Below are positions 51,552-61,015 of a DNA stretch of 64,000 bases, piece after piece. The notes under the pieces are model-generated. The model saw only the letters and a list, made by a program, of their open reading frames with translations. It did not search any database and was not told where the DNA came from. This DNA comes from a virus, in IMG/VR virus record IMGVR_UViG_3300010160_000025, positions 1-64,000 of that record. One strand, 5' to 3'. The stretch's first letter is position 1; each line of letters starts with the position of its first letter. The position numbers and the translations under genes were made by a program.

Positions 51552-54434
51552 TTATCCTAACATTATTGCGGACGTGATGCCCAAACTTTCTGCTTCTGCG
51601 GCAGTTACGCCGCCAACTGTTCCTGCTATACCTGACCAATACGTTCCAGTATAGACTTCAACTCTGCCGTCTGTGGTATTATATCTAACCATACCTGTTT
51701 CTACGATTGCGGGTCTAGAATCTGTGTTTCCTACTGGGATAACAAATCCGCCACTGCCACCTATTTTAAAATAACCAGTACCTGTATTTGATATTTCAGT
51801 AACACTGTCAGCAATAATATTACTTATCAAATTTCCCCGAACTTCAAAATTCCCAATTTGTACAGTTGCATCTAGTACTAAATCTGTGCCAGATGTTGTT
51901 GTGGCAATGGTGTTTCCGTCAATTTTAATATTTTCAAACTGTGCGTATCCAGTAGTAGTTAGTGTGCCTGTGATATTAGTAACGCCAGTTTGTATATAAT
52001 CACCAGTTTGTGTGTAGTTACCTGCATGTGCTACAGTGCCCGTTACTGTAGTATTGTTTAGAGTTGTAGTACCATTAACTGTTAGGTCTCTTGTGATAAC
52101 AACATCGTTTGAAGGGATTGATATAATGCCACTACCATTAGCCTCTAATACTAAATTGGTGTTGGGTAAACTTGTGGTAATAGTGTTATTGCTGATATTA
52201 ATACTGCTAACATTTATTTCATTAGTATATAAGTATTTCCATCTTAGACTATTACTGCCCAAGTCATATGTGTTAGTAGTGCTTGGTAATAAATCACTAG
52301 TTACTCCGGCAACAAAACTCACAGAATCAGTTGTTTGATCGCCAACTTGTATATTGCCACCTATGGTAACATTGCCAACTACATCAAGATTTCCTGCAAT
52401 GTTTACATTGTTAGTAAAGTTGATTTGATCGTTAGCACTGGTAATGTTTATAGGGCCAGTTGTACTGCTAAATGTATTACCAGTTAGTCTTAGATTACCT
52501 GTTTCAATTTTTACGCCGTCAATGTAGGTAGTGTTAGCACCGTTGGTAAATGTTACTCCGGCGTCTGATTGAATATTAACACTAGCATCGGTAAACTGCA
52601 CTGTGCCGTTTTGTTGATTAACATAAAATAAATCGCCAACACGGAAATCACCTTTATGATCAACTGAGTTGTAATAAATCTTTGCGCCACTGGCTTCTGT
52701 TATTTCATTGTCTTGAACCACAAATGTTACATCATTATCACTGCGTTTGCCTGCACCAATGTATGCTAAATTATGTCCAATCAAATAAGCAATTACTCCT
52801 GCTCCTACACCATATACTCCATAGTTACCATAAACAGTAGCAGAGCCAATAGCACGGACCTCAACACCAAAATCACTGTAATCAACTAATGTAAACTTGG
52901 TAGCGGTTGCTCCGTTCGTGGTGTTACGAATATCTTGAGATAATGTTCCGCCAACTACTAGTCCTGTGATTTTTCCAGTTAGATAAATTTTTCCGTCAGT
53001 GTCTTTTTTAGCAATAGTTCCGCTGGCTAGTACTGTAACTCCGTCAGTGTCATAGTAACTTACAGTATTGCCAACGTTAAATGTTCCTGTAGTGCCGCTT
53101 AGGCGTAGTGCTGTTTTGCCGGCGTTAGCAAAGCCTGTTGCGCCACTGTATAGATACATGCCTTTATCAGCAAAGTAGCTAAAGCTGTTTAACCACTCAA
53201 CACGAGTACCGTTAGTTGCTGACAGGCATTCTTGATTTGGTGTAAAGAATGTTACACTATGGAATAAGCAGGCAGCTTCTTTGCTGGCAATGTTAGCAAC
53301 TGATCCATCTAATAGAATGCCTTTACCTGCATCATTGCTGTCAAATCCGTAAGGATCTCCCTCACTAGTTACACTACCTCTACTAATAACTGTGACGTTT
53401 CTAACGTATGGACTGCGAGTAGTTACTGTAAAATTGTTAGCAAAACGGAATGCATACCCAGTATTATTTGTAGCATTATATCTGTAACCTGTAATGGTTA
53501 AGTCTTCAACAGTTGTTTCACCGTTGAGCAAAAATGCATCTTTATCCACAGTTCCTACTGTGGGCTGTATAGTTACCGAGCGCAGACTTTCGCCTTTAAC
53601 TGTTACACCCACAGGCACTGTTAAGGGAAATATTTCAGTGTATGTACCTGGGTATAAGAAAATAGTATCTCCGCTGGCGGCTACTGTTATTGCTTTCTTT
53701 AAGCTGGCAAATGGATCGTTTTGATGTGTGCCAGTATTAGTGTCAGTACCGTTAGTAGCAACATAATATATTTTACCCTGGCGTAAAGTTAGTTGTATTC
53801 CGTCAACTGTTAAGTTGTCAGTGGCAATTGCATCACTATGGATTGTATTAACCCAGATATCTGCCCAACGTTTATTACTTGCTCCCAGCGTAAATGTGTT
53901 GTCAGTATTTGGGATTATATTGCTATTGATGTCAGCGTTGAATACAATATTATCTGTATTTGCATCGCCGATTGTAATATCACCGTCTGCTGTGATACTG
54001 CCTGTAGCATGAAGGTTGCCGTGAACAGTGGTGTCTGCAAATAGTTCAACTGTTCCAGTAGGACGTAGTTCTAAATTAGTACCGGCAGTATTAGTTGAAA
54101 TAGTATTAGCATCTAATGTAACTGCATCTATTTTAAGTTTATTTTGGTATACTATTGCGGCACCGTTAAATCCTGTAAGATTTAAAATGCCTGTTGAACT
54201 GCTGAAAGTATTACCAGATATGGTAATATTGCTGACATTTAAAGTGTCAGTTTCTAAATATGTTGTTCTTGTTGTGCCGTTTACCTGCAGGTCATGTGTC
54301 GGTGCGTTAGTGTTCACGCCGATACGCATGTGATTCACATCGAGATATAGAAGGTCTGTCTCAAACGCTAAATCAACTCCGTCACGAAGCAGATTTGCCT
54401 TTAAGAGCGGACCGGAAATTCGACCAATGGACAT
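51552..54434 (-). CDS. Virion fibre/structural protein (960 aa)
   Basis: GRISGPLLKANLLRDG N-terminus, YYVATNGTD..PFASLKKA..PGTYTE (DUF1565/pectin-lyase-like start), shaft repeats. Confidence 0.75.
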   Translation of the reverse strand: MSIGRISGPLLKANLLRDGVDLAFETDLLYLDVNHMRIGVNTNAPTHDLQVNGTTRTTYLETDTLNVSNITISGNTFSSSTGILNLTGFNGAAIVYQNKLKIDAVTLDANTISTNTAGTNLELRPTGTVELFADTTVHGNLHATGSITADGDITIGDANTDNIVFNADINSNIIPNTDNTFTLGASNKRWADIWVNTIHSDAIATDNLTVDGIQLTLRQGKIYYVATNGTDTNTGTHQNDPFASLKKAITVAASGDTIFLYPGTYTEIFPLTVPVGVTVKGESLRSVTIQPTVGTVDKDAFLLNGETTVEDLTITGYRYNATNNTGYAFRFANNFTVTTRSPYVRNVTVISRGSVTSEGDPYGFDSNDAGKGILLDGSVANIASKEAACLFHSVTFFTPNQECLSATNGTRVEWLNSFSYFADKGMYLYSGATGFANAGKTALRLSGTTGTFNVGNTVSYYDTDGVTVLASGTIAKKDTDGKIYLTGKITGLVVGGTLSQDIRNTTNGATATKFTLVDYSDFGVEVRAIGSATVYGNYGVYGVGAGVIAYLIGHNLAYIGAGKRSDNDVTFVVQDNEITEASGAKIYYNSVDHKGDFRVGDLFYVNQQNGTVQFTDASVNIQSDAGVTFTNGANTTYIDGVKIETGNLRLTGNTFSSTTGPINITSANDQINFTNNVNIAGNLDVVGNVTIGGNIQVGDQTTDSVSFVAGVTSDLLPSTTNTYDLGSNSLRWKYLYTNEINVSSINISNNTITTSLPNTNLVLEANGSGIISIPSNDVVITRDLTVNGTTTLNNTTVTGTVAHAGNYTQTGDYIQTGVTNITGTLTTTGYAQFENIKIDGNTIATTTSGTDLVLDATVQIGNFEVRGNLISNIIADSVTEISNTGTGYFKIGGSGGFVIPVGNTDSRPAIVETGMVRYNTTDGRVEVYTGTYWSGIAGTVGGVTAAEAESLGITSAIMLG

Positions 54435-54552
54435 GCGCTCTCCTAATGACCCCGCGTTTCACGGTTAACCGAATTCTCATCCCTTGCGGGCTCTATGCTG
54501 GTTTACCACAGGTTGGTATCGGGGGTTTATTGGTCAAACCCCTCAGTAATAT
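54435..54552 (-). promoter_or_regulatory. Putative structured 5' leader / cis-regulatory RNA
   Basis: ~118-nt GC-richer UTR between late motif GATAAATA (54553-54560) and AGGAG SD, containing several hairpins. Confidence 0.55.
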
Positions 54553-54571
54553 TATTTATCTGTTTGGAGAT

Positions 54572-57307
54572 TTAGCCCAGGATTATGCCCCATAACCCAA
54601 GGACTGCTTCGACTTCTTCGTAGGATATTTCTGCGGCAAGGCCTTTAGCTGGTATCCACCCGTTATCTCCCTCTGAGGGGTTTCCTGAATATACTTCTGC
54701 GGCTGCTACAGGATCTTGTACAAATTCAATAACAACATTGTTGTTTATTCTAAACTGTCCAACCTCAGGAGCAGGCTCTCTAGTTGCGCTATTACCAATA
54801 GGTATAGCCAATGCGCCCATGTTGGCAAATTTAATGTATCCTGCGCCAGTGTTGGCAAATTGTATTTTTTTACTTAGAGTAGGACCGTTTAAAGTCAATA
54901 CATCTGTTCCTGATTTGAATGAAACACTACCTGTTGCAGATGCTAAGATAATGTTGGTACTTGATAATGTGGTTCCAGATGTGTCTATATTTGCAAAAGT
55001 TCCGCCTGCGCTGGTTATAACTTGACCAGTTATATGTGTATTACCTGTTCGTGTATTTGTAGTTGGTATTGATGTTAGAGTATTTTCAGCGGATAACGGT
55101 ATAGAATCTTCAGTTAAGATAATACCAAAATTTTCAGTCTGGTAAAGTTGCCCTAATATTGTACTGCTTACATAGTTTCCGGTATGCGTAACATTATTAG
55201 AAATTATAGTATTTGAGAAATAACTATTTCCTGAGACAGTTAGATTATTATCTATTAAAACACTAGTACTATTAGATTTAATTTTATTTGTAGATGTTAA
55301 TACAAGATTTCCGCTAGTTGTAGTAATACCGTTTGTAGATAAGTTTATGTTTGCTGTTTGAGAGTTTAAGCTATATAAATTTTTCCACTTTTGGTCAGGT
55401 GTTCCGGATCCCAAGTCATAGGTGCCAGTAGTCTTAGGCAGTATATCGCTAGATACTTCTGATGCAAAGTTAACCGTATCTGTAGTTTGATTGCCAACAG
55501 TTAGTGTGCCTTCAACTTTAATATTGCCGCTAGTATATAAGTCTTTAGCAAATTGTACATTTTGTGTCAGTGTAGAAAGTCCATTTGCAGGTGTTATTTC
55601 AAACGATCGACTACGAGTAAGAATAGTGTTATCTCGAAGTGTAAAATCACCAATATCTATTTTACTATAATCTATAAACGTTTGATTAGGGGCTGTGCCA
55701 ATAATTAGTCTACTAGCACCGGTTACTACAGCTGAAGCAATATCTATTGATGTTGTGCCCTTATCAAAGTCAACATAAAACTGATCGCCTACTCTAAAGT
55801 TACCTTGTTGATCAACACTTTGATAATAAATTTTACCGCTATTAAGTTCTACAGTTTCGTTGGCTTGTATGACCAGGGTTTGATCGTTGCTGGAGTCTAA
55901 GCCTGTGCCAACATAACCAAAGTTATATTCAATCAAGTACATTAGAGTATTTGTACCGTCTGCTACGGCACCGTAAGTTCCATAAACGCTGGCACTGGCA
56001 ATAGCACGTACTTCAGCACCAAACTTAACTCCCAGTCCGGCTAGTCCTAAAACACCCTGTGTGGCATATAGGCCACGATAGGCAAAGTAGGTAAATGAGT
56101 TTAACCATTCTACACGGACACCGTTGGTCATTGTTAGAGCATCAACGCCCGGAGTAATAAATGTACAGGTGTGGAACAACATTGCGGCTTCATATGTAGT
56201 GGCATCACACGTACTACCGTCTACTAAAGCGCCTTTACCCGCATTAACTCCGCTGGTAATAACTGAAACGTTTTGTATATAGGGACTTCGAGTAGTTGTT
56301 TTTGCGTTTGCCGCAAAGCTAAATGCATATCCTTGATAAAAATTACTAACTGTTAGATCACTAACTGCGGTTTCACCATTAAGTAAAAATGCATTGTTGG
56401 TATTGGTTCCGCTAGTTGGCTGTACTGTAACTGCTCGTAGTCCTGCGCCTTTTATAGTTACCCCCACAGGAACTGTTAAGGGAAATATTTCAGTATATGT
56501 ACCTGGATAGATGTGAACCGTGTCACCGCTTGAGGCCACACTTAATGCTTTTTTGACTGTGGCGTAGGGACCATTTTCATGGTTACCTCGATTCGTATCA
56601 GCCCCGTTAGAAGCAACAAACCATATTTTACCTGGACGCAGAATTACACTTATGCCTGCACTGCCAATTGTATTAGCTACAAGTGCTTGGCCGTTGACAT
56701 GAGCAGTGTAAATGTCTGCCCAACGTTTGCCTCCAATGGCTAAATCGCTACCTAATGAATAGGTAATATCCAGATCTGGAATAATATTGCTGTTAACGTC
56801 TGCACTAAATGCCACATTGTCGCTGTTATTGTTACCAAATATCACACTGCCATCTGCTGTGATATTTCCTGTAGCATGTAGATTTCCTGTAATATTTGTG
56901 TCAGCATATATTTCTAAAGTGCCAGTTGGACTTAGATTAATGTTAGTAGCTGGCGTATATGTTGATATTGCATGTCCGGTAATTTCTAAGTTATCAGTTT
57001 TAATATTGTGAGCGTTGACATAATCACTACCCGATAAGACCACAGTTCCGCTGATTGCTTTTATTAGTTCATCTGGGCCAATTTCTAAATTACCAACATT
57101 GATCTTTGGAGCATCAATTATAATGAAGTCAGTACGCAGGGTGCCGTTAACAAAAAGTTCCTTGTTGATAGGGGTACTGTTAATGCTTAATGTTTTACCT
57201 GTGACGTCTAGATATAGTAACTGATTTTCAAATCTTAGATCATTACCATCTCGCAATAAATTTGCGTTAAGTAACGGACCTGAAATTCGACCAAGCTGTT
57301 TAGACAT
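54572..57307 (-). CDS. Virion fibre/structural protein (911 aa), paralogue of 51552..54434
   Basis: GRISGPLLNANLLRDG, WFVASNGAD, PGTYTEIFPLTVPVG, NGVRVEWLNSF, FRVGD. Confidence 0.75.
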   Translation of the reverse strand: MSKQLGRISGPLLNANLLRDGNDLRFENQLLYLDVTGKTLSINSTPINKELFVNGTLRTDFIIIDAPKINVGNLEIGPDELIKAISGTVVLSGSDYVNAHNIKTDNLEITGHAISTYTPATNINLSPTGTLEIYADTNITGNLHATGNITADGSVIFGNNNSDNVAFSADVNSNIIPDLDITYSLGSDLAIGGKRWADIYTAHVNGQALVANTIGSAGISVILRPGKIWFVASNGADTNRGNHENGPYATVKKALSVASSGDTVHIYPGTYTEIFPLTVPVGVTIKGAGLRAVTVQPTSGTNTNNAFLLNGETAVSDLTVSNFYQGYAFSFAANAKTTTRSPYIQNVSVITSGVNAGKGALVDGSTCDATTYEAAMLFHTCTFITPGVDALTMTNGVRVEWLNSFTYFAYRGLYATQGVLGLAGLGVKFGAEVRAIASASVYGTYGAVADGTNTLMYLIEYNFGYVGTGLDSSNDQTLVIQANETVELNSGKIYYQSVDQQGNFRVGDQFYVDFDKGTTSIDIASAVVTGASRLIIGTAPNQTFIDYSKIDIGDFTLRDNTILTRSRSFEITPANGLSTLTQNVQFAKDLYTSGNIKVEGTLTVGNQTTDTVNFASEVSSDILPKTTGTYDLGSGTPDQKWKNLYSLNSQTANINLSTNGITTTSGNLVLTSTNKIKSNSTSVLIDNNLTVSGNSYFSNTIISNNVTHTGNYVSSTILGQLYQTENFGIILTEDSIPLSAENTLTSIPTTNTRTGNTHITGQVITSAGGTFANIDTSGTTLSSTNIILASATGSVSFKSGTDVLTLNGPTLSKKIQFANTGAGYIKFANMGALAIPIGNSATREPAPEVGQFRINNNVVIEFVQDPVAAAEVYSGNPSEGDNGWIPAKGLAAEISYEEVEAVLGLWGIILG

Positions 57308-57342
57308 AGATAATCCCCGGGTACTAGCAGTACCTTATAGTA

Positions 57343-57350
57343 TATTTATT
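57343..57350 (-). promoter_or_regulatory. Late promoter AATAAATA, followed by GGTACT-GCT-AGTACC hairpin (57320-57334) before the SD
   Basis: Motif in intergenic gap upstream of ATG 57307. Confidence 0.55.
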
Positions 57351-57360
57351 GGGATTTAGA

Positions 57361-58203
57361 TTAACGGTCGAAACCGTGCAGTACAGTCACGTGCTTGGGA
57401 TCTACAGTACCTAGTGGAACTGGACCTTGGAATTGTAGGTAATAGCCTGTTGGATATGCGGCTCCTGCAAATGTTTGTCCCGTTGTTGCACTACTTAATC
57501 CAAGTATAGTAATAGCAGTGCCTGCTGATTCGTTAGCTACTGTTTGGCTAACTGTTATGTCACTAGCAGTTACATTGGTAATTGTATACGTACCGCTGTT
57601 ACTGTTACTGCCCGTTACTGTGATAGTTTGTCCGTTGCGGAAACCGCGATCAACCCAATTAACAGTTGCAGTATTTGAACTATGAATTTTGTTACTAGGC
57701 GGGCTATCTACACGAACAAAACTGATGACCGTATCAGTTACACGGCAGGGATTTTGTAAAATTACATAGTTAGTGGTATGTAACTGCATGACGTTTTCAA
57801 CAAATACTAATAGGTTAGCGCCTGACCATGTTGATTTATCGTCAACTAAATCTGTTGTTGGAGGTGCTGGGTTTAAAGGACCAAATATGTATTCTACGTC
57901 GTCACCGGTACCAAGATCCTGTTGTACAATCTGAGTAGATTCTTTATAACGAAGACTGCGCCATGCGGCACGGCCGCCGGCACCTTGATATACTTCTAAT
58001 TCGTTTGATGTAGTATTGTATCTTAATTGACCAAGACTTGTTGGGTTAATGCTGTCAACACCGCCAGGACGCTGACCAGTAGTTCCTTTTGGAACTCGAA
58101 CTGCATTAGAAGTACCCAGTGTAATTTCATTGCTGATCTGTACAGCAATACTATCGTCTTTTACATTACGAAAGTTAATTTGGCTTTTCTTTAAAAACTT
58201 CAT
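57361..58203 (-). CDS. Virion structural protein
   Basis: Start MKFLKK at 58203 coupled (TAATG) to upstream gene; VPKGTTGQRP..GQLRYNT module. Confidence 0.65.
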   Translation of the reverse strand: MKFLKKSQINFRNVKDDSIAVQISNEITLGTSNAVRVPKGTTGQRPGGVDSINPTSLGQLRYNTTSNELEVYQGAGGRAAWRSLRYKESTQIVQQDLGTGDDVEYIFGPLNPAPPTTDLVDDKSTWSGANLLVFVENVMQLHTTNYVILQNPCRVTDTVISFVRVDSPPSNKIHSSNTATVNWVDRGFRNGQTITVTGSNSNSGTYTITNVTASDITVSQTVANESAGTAITILGLSSATTGQTFAGAAYPTGYYLQFQGPVPLGTVDPKHVTVLHGFDR

Positions 58204-58520
58204 TAGCTTACTCTCATAGCACTTACTGTAGAGGCAACTGCATCGTCTGCAGAGCAAGTTGCATGTATTCTGTCGCCGCCGTTTAACACAAATTTTTCTG
58301 TGTCAAAGGTAAATGTTTCACTTGCTGGTAACTCTAACTGTTTAATAACTAAACTTGCATTACTTACAGCGCCACCACTTGGTACAGCATATACATTAAT
58401 AGTTACAGTTGATGCAGAATAGTTGCAAAACATCACACAGGTAATTGCATACTCTACGTCAGCAGGGCATAAAAATAAATTATTTCCGCCAGTACTTAGT
58501 GTTTGATTATTGATTGCCAT
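58203..58520 (-). CDS. Small beta-rich virion protein
   Basis: AITCVMFCN..LPASETFTFDTEKFVL.GGD; paralogue of 30648 and 51200. Confidence 0.65.
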   Translation of the reverse strand: MAINNQTLSTGGNNLFLCPADVEYAITCVMFCNYSASTVTINVYAVPSGGAVSNASLVIKQLELPASETFTFDTEKFVLNGGDRIHATCSADDAVASTVSAMRVS

Positions 58521-58529
58521 TTTGTGTCC

Positions 58530-59585
58530 TTAAAATATCATACTGTAGGCTAATGCTTTTCTACGGCTGACTAATTCATCTCTTGTTGTTTCATTATTTA
58601 CAAAATATATACCAGTGCCGCCAAATGTTTCTGGCTTAGTGTAGAGCACAATGCTACCAGGTGACTGAGCAGGATCTTCTGCGGCTGTTGTAATTTTTAA
58701 ATCGTCATCAACTGTTACTGAGCCAGTACCTGCGGCTCTTAGTACTAGATCTAATCCTAGATCAGTTGTAGCTATGGTACCATTTGAGAAACTAAAATTC
58801 TGTGTGGTAAATGCGTCAATTTTAAATTCAGCATTTATTACACCGTTTATCAGCAATGAAGCTTTGCTTTCTGCTTCGCCGTTTTGTGTATCAAATACTT
58901 GAAAGCGTGTATTACTACGTGCAATAAAATTTGGAGGAGTTGTATTAAAGTATCCTGCAATAGCACCGTTGACCCACTTTACGTTTGGTATTGCTTCTTC
59001 ATAAGCTATTTGATTTTCTTCAACATACAGCTTATTATTAATTCTGTCTGCGTAATTGACTACGCCGTGTACTGCAATAATAGCAGTGCCTGTGCCTGTT
59101 TCGCCAGGATGTGGACTTGGACCAAGTAAATTTAAATTTTGATCTTTGTCGTTGGTAGTAATACTGTTAGTACGTATGCCTGTTAGTAGGGTATTCTTTG
59201 TTTTAAAAACAAAAGCGCCTTGTTTATTACTGTTGGTTTGATTGTCAAACCACCATAGGCTTTCACTGAACAACATCTGTCCAGCACTATAAACACCACG
59301 ACCTATTTCAATGCCAGCTTCACCAGTAGCGGATAAAATTCCGCTACCAGTGGGCTGTCCATTTTCGCCAAGTTGATTATTGACTACAATGATATTGTCA
59401 ACTATTGATACTGTGCTTGACTTTACTGTTGTGGTATTGCCGTAAACCGTTAGGTCACCTGTAACAATAACATTACCGGGACTTGCACCAACGTCTAAAG
59501 TAATAACGCCATTGCTGTCGTCTTGTCCGTTGTAACGAACTTTAACCTTATAGTCGGAATCGTTTACTTGTATAATTCTTGACAT
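58530..59585 (-). CDS. Virion structural (fibre/baseplate-associated) protein
   Basis: VTGDLTVYGNTTTV..IVDNII shaft motif, AGIEIGRG, hydrophobic C-terminus ALAYSMIF. Confidence 0.65.
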   Translation of the reverse strand: MSRIIQVNDSDYKVKVRYNGQDDSNGVITLDVGASPGNVIVTGDLTVYGNTTTVKSSTVSIVDNIIVVNNQLGENGQPTGSGILSATGEAGIEIGRGVYSAGQMLFSESLWWFDNQTNSNKQGAFVFKTKNTLLTGIRTNSITTNDKDQNLNLLGPSPHPGETGTGTAIIAVHGVVNYADRINNKLYVEENQIAYEEAIPNVKWVNGAIAGYFNTTPPNFIARSNTRFQVFDTQNGEAESKASLLINGVINAEFKIDAFTTQNFSFSNGTIATTDLGLDLVLRAAGTGSVTVDDDLKITTAAEDPAQSPGSIVLYTKPETFGGTGIYFVNNETTRDELVSRRKALAYSMIF

Positions 59586-59597
59586 GTTTTATCCTTG

Positions 59598-59615
59598 TAG
59601 GGGCCGAAGCCCCTA
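59598..59615 (-). other. Intercistronic C(UUCG)G hairpin without U-tract
   Basis: TAGGGGC-TTCG-GCCCCTA directly before the AAGGA SD of 59585. Confidence 0.75.
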
Positions 59616-59621
59616 TTACTA

Positions 59622-60920
59622 TTAAGCGTTTTCTATAGTTACTGTTGACTCATCAGTAGAACTGAAAGTCCATCTTGCTGACTCGCCGTTAGCAAACAAC
59701 CAAGTTTCTTCGTTGTTTACATTCTGAATCAATCTTGCTCTGTGTGCTGTTAGTTTAGTAACAAAGTAAGTATTACCATTGTAATCAGTAGCAGTAATAT
59801 ATGCTTGATTTTCAGCAGGTGTATCATCTGCAACTAGTTTGCAAACTGCAATACCGTTTGCTGTCTTAACTTTGTAACGACGAGCTGATACTTGACGAAT
59901 AATGTCGCCAACTGCAACACTAGCTTCAACATCAACTTTAGCGCGAATGATGATTGCATTTTCTTGATTAGTTGCTGAACCAACTAGACCGCTGTCAGTT
60001 GTTAATACCATAGTGCCAGTTGCACGAGTTTCGCTTAGTCCAGCGTCTGCGGCTGTAAATGTAACTGTTTCTGTACCACGATAGCCAGAACCTTTTTCAG
60101 TTACTTGAATAGTGTTGACACCGTAGTATACATTTAAAGTACAACCTGCGGCTGTGCTTGCTGATAAATCAGCGTGTGTTACCGAAGTTGTATTTGCACT
60201 ACCGGCAACAATTGGATAGACTCCAGCTACTAATACTGTAACTGTCTTAACACCCCATGAGAAGTTAACTGTCAATCCACGTCCGCCAACTTGATTAGGA
60301 TTTGTTTGACCCACTGTTCCTGTTGGAGGAGTTGTTCCTGTATAGCTACCTGCATTAGTTAAAGTTAAACTTGTAACTACACCACGGTCTGCTGGATATC
60401 CGCCAGTCTCGTCAATAGTTGCTACTGTTAACACAACACCGTTGTCAAAGTTTAATGCATCACCTACAGCATAACCGTTTGCTGTATTGCCATCATTCCC
60501 TGCTACAATAGTAAAACCAGAAACTTTTAATGCGCCAACTGTAAATTTTGCAGGAGTTGTTGGTGAGCCTGTTGTTACTGTTAAAATATCGCCAGTTAAG
60601 TAGTCAGCACCGTTTGGTGTTCCTGATTGAACTACTACACCATGAACTGCTTTTACAGTTACTACATCCGCGACTGCTTGCACACCACCTGGAATTGATG
60701 GTGCACCAATTGCTGTAATGTGTGGAATCTTATTTAAGTAAGCGCCGCTGCCGTATGATGTATCAGCTACTGATGCACCAAATGTAACTCCTGCTACACC
60801 TTCTCCGCCGATGCGATCATCAGCGTAGTTTTGATTGTTTGCGTTATTTCCTGTGATTTGATTACCACCAACACCTACGTTGCGGTTACCAAAATATTTT
60901 TTATTTAGAGGACGAGCCAT
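59622..60920 (-). CDS. Virion structural protein downstream of capsid gene (possible head decoration/fibre)
   Basis: MARPLNKKYFGN start, strong SD, own late promoter, Gly/Thr/Val-rich repeats; function inferred from position only. Confidence 0.55.
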   Translation of the reverse strand: MARPLNKKYFGNRNVGVGGNQITGNNANNQNYADDRIGGEGVAGVTFGASVADTSYGSGAYLNKIPHITAIGAPSIPGGVQAVADVVTVKAVHGVVVQSGTPNGADYLTGDILTVTTGSPTTPAKFTVGALKVSGFTIVAGNDGNTANGYAVGDALNFDNGVVLTVATIDETGGYPADRGVVTSLTLTNAGSYTGTTPPTGTVGQTNPNQVGGRGLTVNFSWGVKTVTVLVAGVYPIVAGSANTTSVTHADLSASTAAGCTLNVYYGVNTIQVTEKGSGYRGTETVTFTAADAGLSETRATGTMVLTTDSGLVGSATNQENAIIIRAKVDVEASVAVGDIIRQVSARRYKVKTANGIAVCKLVADDTPAENQAYITATDYNGNTYFVTKLTAHRARLIQNVNNEETWLFANGESARWTFSSTDESTVTIENA

Positions 60921-61008
60921 TTTGTTTTCTCCTTAAGAAATCACGGCGTTCTAGGCCGTACGCGGTTGCTGTTCCGCATAAAACTTGCACCATGCAAGCC
61001 ATACAAAG
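60921..61008 (-). promoter_or_regulatory. Three-hairpin structured 5' leader
   Basis: CTTGCA-TGG-TGCAAG, GCGG-AACAGCAA-CCGC and ACGGC-CTAGAAC-GCCGT between late motif GATAAATA (61009-61016) and AAGGAG. Confidence 0.6.
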
Positions 61009-61015
61009 TATTTAT

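Noticed and set aside
54435-54552. c-di-GMP-I riboswitch or tRNA
   Set aside because: Only a GGUAAACC resemblance; the rest of the consensus and a cloverleaf/TpsiC arm are not recognisable
29722-57011. Numerous plus-strand Val/Pro/Leu-rich ORFs opposite the structural genes
   Set aside because: Expected antisense frames of Thr/Gly/Asn-rich genes; no SD, promoter or motif support
58204-58257. Cys-rich N-terminal extension MLCRRCSC.. of ORF 57361..58257
   Set aside because: Lies inside the upstream gene; coupled start at 58203 is more plausible
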